Assembly (NCBI GenBank): GCA_965603825.1
Contig: CBFDEM010000035.1
Location: 124,001 to 188,000 of the forward strand
DNA: 64,000 nucleotides
Direction: 5' to 3'
Source: Blepharisma stoltei ATCC 30299
Taxonomy: Eukaryota; Protista; Ciliophora
Shown: positions 57,939-64,000 of the stretch, one piece after another
Layout of the letters: each line of letters begins with the position of its first letter
Position numbering within the stretch: position 1 is the stretch's first letter
Notes under the pieces: generated by a model
Told to the model about the DNA's origin: nothing
The model's input: only the letters and a program-made list of their open reading frames with translations
Database searches by the model: none
Program-made: the position numbers and the translations under genes

Positions 57939-58571
57939 TTAAGGATAGTAATCTTGGTCGATCCCAGCTCCACAGTAGCTTACATCTCCGTTATATTGCT
58001 TAATAGCAGGGGTATTCCAACCTCCAAATGGAGTAAAATCTCCGAAGCTCATCCAGTCATCGTAATGGGCATACCACAATGGATATTGAGAAACTCCAGT
58101 CCATCCAAGTCCTACAATACTTTGCCAGTTATAGTAGCTAGTATAAATTCCGACACTTTGGCCTTGGTTGGTCAGTTCATTTGCCATAGTCAAAATAAAG
58201 TTTTGGTTGTTTCCTTGGTCGGAGTCCCAAGCGTAAACTTCAATATCGATCCAAACCATTCCATATCCTTGGCCTGCAATTGCGTTCACTAAATCGTCAG
58301 CTTGGCCTGCTGGGTCTCCACATGGGTAGCAAGGGAAGAGGTAGACGTCTGTATTCTGCATTCCTCCGTTAATCGAGTTTTGGATATTTGAAACCACATT
58401 GGGGTCAACTGCACCGTAGCTGCAGTAGCCACGGACAATCCCAAAGATATAGCCATTTTGATTTAAACAGCTGAAAGAATCTTGACTGGTATAAGCTGAT
58501 ACATCGACACCTGTGGCTGCGAAGGCTGAAGGGACTGAGATGCATAAAATGAAAAGGGCAAACATCTTCAT
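57939..58571 (-). CDS. GH25 lysozyme (protist type), secreted
   Basis: Signal peptide, GVDVS, DVYLFPC, VWIDIE, GIYTS, LWYAHYD, FGGW, KQY. Confidence 0.95.
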   Translation of the reverse strand: MKMFALFILCISVPSAFAATGVDVSAYTSQDSFSCLNQNGYIFGIVRGYCSYGAVDPNVVSNIQNSINGGMQNTDVYLFPCYPCGDPAGQADDLVNAIAGQGYGMVWIDIEVYAWDSDQGNNQNFILTMANELTNQGQSVGIYTSYYNWQSIVGLGWTGVSQYPLWYAHYDDWMSFGDFTPFGGWNTPAIKQYNGDVSYCGAGIDQDYYP

Positions 58572-58814
58572 TTATTCACCAAATTATAGTAGAATAAGAG
58601 AGTTAATATGAATAATTTAGGAAATTAAAAAATTATGATCGATAATATAGGATGAAATTACCATTTTCGCTTTGTTATGATTTTTTTGGTCATTATTTTA
58701 TGAGTTTGCATCCTTTCACAATGTTTTGTATTATATTTGTGCAATATTGTCAGCTAATAAGATGAGGTAAGTAAATTGATTATTAAGTTTTACTTGAAGA
58801 CTATTGTTTAGAAA

Positions 58815-59768
58815 ATGGCTCAACACTCAAGAAGCCATGGGTTTAGTCTTCCATTACACCCTGTGCAAGTATTTAGCTGGATAATGATGCTTTTCAATAT
58901 TGCTGTTGTTTCACTAGTTTATTTTCCCAGCATGAATCTCTACTCTAAAGTAATTTTCAATTAGATAAGCTTTGCTGTCCTTTTTGCTTTATCTCAAATT
59001 TTCGTGATTTTTTTCGCTTTTCGAGCAATAATATGTGACCCTACTGATCCTATGGTGCACGAACATATTCTAAAAATAATAAACGGTGAAAGAGACGAGC
59101 CTAAAGGAAACCAAGCTTTTTGTACAATTTGTTGCTGTAATGTAAGTATGAAAACTAAGCATTGTGGGCAATGCAACCGGTGTGTTGAAAATTTTGATCA
59201 TCATTGTGTGTGGCTTAACAATTGCATTGGGAAAAAGAATTATCATAACTTTATAAAGCTTATATTTGCACTTGAATTCAATATGATGGTGATTTTCAGC
59301 TATGGAGTCAGCATTATTGTATATTATTATAATGATTACGATAGCTACGTTTCTGATATTAAAGAAGTTGTCGACTATGCTGATAAAGATGCTTTTATTG
59401 TTTTGACTTATGTAGTAACAATAGAAGCAATGATAGCTATCTTAGTTGATGGCTGTCTTATTATTCTACATGTTTGATTGAGGTCAAAACACATGACCAC
59501 ATTTGAATATATTCTTAAAAAACGAAATGCCAAGAAGAAAAAGAAAGTAAAAACCCAAGTCGCTGATGTTAAAGAAAATACCACTGTGCTATGAGATGAG
59601 GTTACTGTTTCTTATATGGAACGCAAAAATGGAAACGCAAAGACGAACGGTAAGGGTGAAGATATAAAAGATTCGCCAGAAGATATCATCACAAATGAAG
59701 CAGTACAATTAAATTCGAATTCAGAAGGAATTGTAACTATTTATACAGAGAGATGAGTAAGTTTGTAA
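58815..59768 (+). CDS. DHHC palmitoyltransferase (ZDHHC1/11-like), 312 aa
   Basis: RSHGFSLPLHPVQVFSW, intron 58950-58964, KHCGQCNRCVENFDHHCVWLNNCIG, LHV[W]L..MTTFEYI; three TGA. Confidence 0.93.
58950..58964 (+). other. 15-nt intron
   Basis: GTAATTTTCAATTAG, A10, in-frame TAG. Confidence 0.93.
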
Positions 59769-60299
59769 AAATTGAAATTTTAAACAAAATCTTGTTCCAA
59801 TTTTAAATAGGGTATGCAATTCTTCGTAAATTTAATTCTGATATATATATAAGATATTACCGATGGTAACATTTTATTCTGAAAAGCCTTTTAAGTGTCA
59901 ATCATTTGAAAAAATATTATAATAAAGACAATAATTAAAAATACGAACGATTTACTTGATAAAAATAATTTTTACTCATTAATTTCAAAATAGATGAGAT
60001 GCTGAATTACCATGCTATGAATATTTAAAAATATAATCAAGACAAAATCTGGTCAGTGCTAATATTTATTATAATAAAAATGCGGGAGAATTTCTTTTCA
60101 TATAAATTGCCTAAATATAAAAAAGTGCATAATTTATCCATATTTTAAGTATAAAGATTGCATATGGCTGAAAAAATTATTTCGACAAAAATTAGTTATC
60201 CAATTAAATTTTTATGAGATCATTCAATTCTAATATAAATCTATAAAATTCAAGCATAAGTATCAAAATTTTCTTTAATCACGGTCAATATATGTTAAT

Positions 60300-60587
60300 T
60301 TAGTTGACTCCCTCAACGTTTGCAACTGCTGATACTTGATTAGTATCTTTTTCACTCAGAGATGATTTTGTTAAATCATCATCATCTTCTTCCACACTTT
60401 CATCCACAACTAAAGTTAAGCTATCTAGGTCTTACTGTTTGCTAATTGATATTCCTTCATAATGAGATAACTTGAAACTTTCCTTAAAAGTAGAACGAAG
60501 CATCGATTCATCACAGACTAAGTGGAAAGAATCAGCACCTTTCTTTGCGGGAGGTGAGCACTGATTTCGAGCACAACAATTCCCCAT
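60300..60587 (-). CDS. 90-aa putatively acylated acidic microprotein (missed by track)
   Basis: MGNCCARNQCSPPAKKG..ISK|HLTLVVDESVEEDDDD..EGVN*; open after removal of a 15-nt intron. Confidence 0.8.
60421..60435 (-). other. 15-nt intron
   Basis: GTAAGACCTAGATAG, A10, in-frame TAA. Confidence 0.85.
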
Positions 60588-60689
60588 TCAGAAGTAAAAT
60601 TATAATTAATAAATGCTGAGGTCATTTTAAATTTTAGTTAAAGAAGATTTTATTTAAATGATAGTTACAAGTAAAAATCTTTTTTAGCT

Positions 60690-61058
60690 TTATATTTTAT
60701 CAATTGTATTTTTTGTGTTCTTTTTCTTTTTCTGCTTCGGTTTTGACTTTTTCTTAGCAGTAGGATTAAGACTGTCAGAATTTCCCTCATATACTTTACA
60801 AGCATCGGAAAATGTTTTTTGCCCAAATGTAAAGGTTTGTTCTATATCTCCTACCATTTCTTGTGGCTGTTCAAAATTTTTGATAGAATTGCATGTCCGA
60901 TTACTCGCTTCAATTGAATTTTCTTGGTTATGGTAAGGGTCATTTTGCTTCGTTTCAGCCAATTTTTCTGAGCTGGATGCAGATGTTTCGCTGGTTTCTT
61001 TTTTAGCGCAAATCAAACAAAGGGCATTTAGAAATTTCCCGAAGCATAAGAGTTTCAT
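60690..61058 (-). CDS. Small hypothetical protein with Cys-containing amphipathic N-terminus and polybasic tail
   Basis: 122-aa ORF: MKLLCFGKFLNALCLICAKK..TFTFGQKTFSD..KQKKKK. Confidence 0.65.
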   Translation of the reverse strand: MKLLCFGKFLNALCLICAKKETSETSASSSEKLAETKQNDPYHNQENSIEASNRTCNSIKNFEQPQEMVGDIEQTFTFGQKTFSDACKVYEGNSDSLNPTAKKKSKPKQKKKKNTKNTIDKI

Positions 61059-61424
61059 ATCTGATGGTGAAAATTAAATTTGAAGTGTAAATATTTAATA
61101 CTTGAGTAGTAGAAATAATGAACTAGGCATTTATTTTGTAAATTTAATTGCTATAGCTAATACTAAAGCTATCACTGATAAAACATATTAGGTTTTGAAA
61201 GAATTTTCATTTATAATTTCTCTACTGTTTATGTAAAATACTAATCATTTAGATTCATGATTAAACTAATATACTTAATTTCTAGCATTTTAGGTATTGA
61301 AAATCTCATGATTAAAATATTTATAAAATTACTTTTTATACAAGAAATTTATTTTAAAAATAAAATTGCATTTCTTTTTCCATAGGCCTAATATGAGCTA
61401 TACACAATCCAATCAAATAAATAC

Positions 61425-63284
61425 CTATTTTTCATTGAAAATAGAAGAAAGCGAATTAAATGTGTTTGCCCTCTGTCTAGTAATTGCAGATTCAGAGAAG
61501 ACTCTATGGAAATCTCTCTTGTCCATTCATCTTGATTTTTCTCTAATTTCTTCTTGCCTTTTCAATTTGTCTGGCTCAATATAAGGAGTTCCGTCATTTC
61601 TCAGTGTTGCTCCTAAGCTTCCACTTCTAGTTCTCATGAGCTCCTGGCTTTCTTTTTCTTTAAATTCTCTATTATACCGACAATAAAACTTAGGAGAAAT
61701 CGTAACTCTGACTACTGGCTTCTCATAATAATGATAATCATTTTTTGTTAGAGTAAGATTAGTGCCATTTAGAATATTCCCTCTTTTTGGAATTAAATGT
61801 GTAGCATACCCTGGGTGCAAAAGTGATCTGATTTCTTTTTTGCTTTTCCATGCTTCTGGAAGTGATTCAATCACTTGACTTCCAAGTGAGTTTGCATATT
61901 CAGCATCAATCGGCCTTATTATCCTATTATCTATAACTTGATCTCTGCCTGAAGACAAAGTTCTTTTTAACGCAAAATCAACTTTTTTATTGGTAGCTGT
62001 CCTTTTTACAGGCTCTCTCAACATACTATTGTTATCTGAAAAGCTACTATCAAAACTCTCCTGGCTCCTTGGTCTTGCCATCTTTTTTAGTTTGATAGCT
62101 TGTGAAGTAGTAGAATTAATTTTCACGGTCAATGGTTCTCCATTTCTCAAAGAAAACGCAAATCCTGAATGTCTTGCCTCATTAGCCTGAAGCCCGTATT
62201 TTTCTGAATCATTAGCATTTTGTGTATCTTGGGAACCATTTCGGCTAGCACCAAATCCTGTATAATAAAACCCAGCTTTTGTGACCGAATGAAGAGGTAA
62301 ATCAAATTTATCTTTTTCGTTCTGAAATCTGTCCATCATATGTACCACAAAATTTTTTAAAATTAAAAATGTCATAGGATATTTCGAGCTGACATGGAAT
62401 TGCACTCCAACTGCATTATTATGTACAATTATCTGTGGTCCACGCTGGGATTCTGCTAATACAGATAAAACATTTTCTTTTAACGTCGCATTTATTGGGT
62501 GGACGTCCCATTTATTTAAATTAGGAACTAAAAATTCATCAAACCCTACCCCTTTTAAAAGCCAATGCTGGACAAACTGTTTAAAAATCCTTACTTTAGT
62601 TTCGGTGGATTTTCCTATATATATTTCGTCAATTTTATCTACATTTTTTGCTGAATATTTATAGGTTCTTAAAATTGCTTTGCTTACTTTTTCATTTTCT
62701 TGTGCTGCTTTATTATTATGCAGCCCTGCATTTGCGACAGGGTAAAATTCGTTCCTATGCCCATCATAACAAAAAATATCCCCGGTTGAATTATCTAAAA
62801 ATACATCCCCTAGGGAAAGTTTGCTTAAGCTTTCCCTTGGCAGATTGTGAATTTCATGTAAAGAGCTCCCTCTTCCTTTTCCATTGATAACTCTTCCCAC
62901 ATTAAAGCTTGTCGCACACAAAAACACCAAAGTCTGCATGGCAAAAGAAGCTGCAAAAAGAATTTTTTTAGTTTTTTTGCACATTCTTATCAAAGTTAAA
63001 AACTTGCGAGTATGCTGAAGCCAAGGCAGTAAATTTGAATCTCCATCAATAAACACAAAATCAAGATGATCAAATAGCTTTTCTGCATCTTTGCTAGAAA
63101 AACCTGCATTTAGCTCATATAAATAAGTATCAATTGAGCTATGGTCGACTTCAATAAATTCAATGTCTTCGACGTTATACATCTTTTGAAAAGTAAACGC
63201 TTTTTTGACTAGGGTTTTAAAGTTGTTAAACGATCTGCGGCCTTCGCTACCTATAGAAAAGGCATCTACAATTAAAACTCTCAT
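61425..63284 (-). CDS. Class I glutamine-amidotransferase-like fold protein with disordered C-terminal half, 619 aa
   Basis: MRVLIVD, DFVFIDG, KILFAASFAMQ, VLAES, GVQFH; reads through TGA 61527 (KSR[W]MDKRDF) to TAG 61425. Confidence 0.8.
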
Positions 63285-63297
63285 ATATTTTTTACAA

Positions 63298-64000
63298 ATG
63301 TATAGCAAATTTGGAAAAGTTTGTACAGAAAGATTCCAAATATTAAAACACAAAGAAGAAATTTTATCTGGGAAATCCCCGAAAAAATCAATAAAAACAC
63401 AACCTCCAAGGGCTCATTCCCAGCAGCTATCTCCTGAAAAGCTGCAAGAGATTTTAAGAGAAAATATTAGTATTGATTTACCTGACGAAAAACCATCTCC
63501 TAAACAAAGCTGTGCGTTTATGTCGCAGACCCGTGAAGAATTTTATAAAGCAAATGGTAGCAAAAGTCCAGCTCCGCCTTGTAATCATTATGACGCAAGA
63601 TATAAACTAGTCGATAAACAGCCGAGGAAAATTGATTTTAGTGAAAGACCAAAAACGGCCTCCCGAGTTATGAAAGAAACAAAATTAAGTGACTTTGAAA
63701 GTCCTCCAGAAAAGCCAAGAAGTAAAATAAAAGGCGCAATATCGTTAGAGAAACAGCTGCCAAGGCCGAGTATCGTTAAAATGACTAGTGATGTAAATGA
63801 AAAAAGATTTGAAGCTTATGAAGATATGCCAAACGTATGTGGAAAATATAGAAGGGTTAGCACGCCTGATATAGGGAAAGCAAGGGCTAGAGACAGTAAA
63901 TTTTTGCAAGAAGAGGTGTTTCCTACTTATAATTCATCGTATAAGCTTATATCAGATGACCTTGGAAAAGTGGCAAGTTTTGAGAAATATTCCCCGAGAA
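63298..64000 (+). CDS. Hypothetical protein, partial (SHIPPO-like PxP..Y motif), runs off window end
   Basis: ATG 63298 is open for 234 codons to the end; AFMSQTR, SPAPPCNHYD. Confidence 0.8.
   Translation, partial: MYSKFGKVCTERFQILKHKEEILSGKSPKKSIKTQPPRAHSQQLSPEKLQEILRENISIDLPDEKPSPKQSCAFMSQTREEFYKANGSKSPAPPCNHYDARYKLVDKQPRKIDFSERPKTASRVMKETKLSDFESPPEKPRSKIKGAISLEKQLPRPSIVKMTSDVNEKRFEAYEDMPNVCGKYRRVSTPDIGKARARDSKFLQEEVFPTYNSSYKLISDDLGKVASFEKYSPR

Noticed and set aside
9874-63284. TGA-broken genes as pseudogenes, selenoproteins or UGA=Cys
   Set aside because: Frames continue cleanly and the TGAs fall on Trp columns, not on catalytic Cys positions.
9874-63284. UAA/UAG reassignment to Gln or a fully ambiguous code
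   Set aside because: Internal TAA/TAG occur only inside micro-introns or pseudogenes, apart from the ambiguous site at 12386, and all genes end with them.
63285-63353. N-terminal extension of the GATase-like ORF (also 26786, 46989, 54881)
   Set aside because: These rely on non-ATG starts from a prokaryote-style caller. The first ATGs match the domain or signal-peptide starts.
1-64000. IESs, transposons, CRISPR arrays, tRNA/rRNA
   Set aside because: No gene is interrupted by a TA-bounded insert, and no transposase, TIR pair, repeat-spacer array or cloverleaf was recognised. Intergenic IESs or small RNAs cannot be excluded by eye.

Overview
This is gene-dense, AT-rich eukaryotic DNA, almost certainly the macronuclear genome of a heterotrich ciliate of the Blepharisma type. 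Two signals support that call. First, about 30 in-frame TGA codons lie inside otherwise intact genes, several at invariant Trp positions, while every gene I traced ends in TAA or TAG. Second, genes are interrupted by 15-16-nt GT..AG introns with an A at position 10 or 11. The supplied standard-code, unspliced ORF track therefore fragments many genes and misses several. Re-read with UGA=Trp and tiny introns, the window holds about 45 protein genes. Bases 1-9.9 kb are a birth-and-death tandem array of 3-finger C2H2 genes (3 intact, 4 decayed remnants). The rest is tightly packed and includes malectin, EF-1alpha, RPS30, SERCA, cap methyltransferase, a CNBD K+ channel, a WD40-TRP-like channel, a choline transporter, and tandem pairs of DUSP, MOSC and acid phosphatase genes. 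The most notable observations are an F-box fused to cullin-repeat-like helices, a cytosolic U-box-MIR fusion, strongly gene-specific UGA versus UGG usage, 0-13-nt gene spacing, a NAGNAG micro-intron that toggles stop versus full length, a stop-less hidden micro-intron, a Csm1-like protein with an RVSF motif, a GATase-fold protein with an altered triad, and several acylated microproteins. All domain calls are motif recognition by eye; no searches were run.
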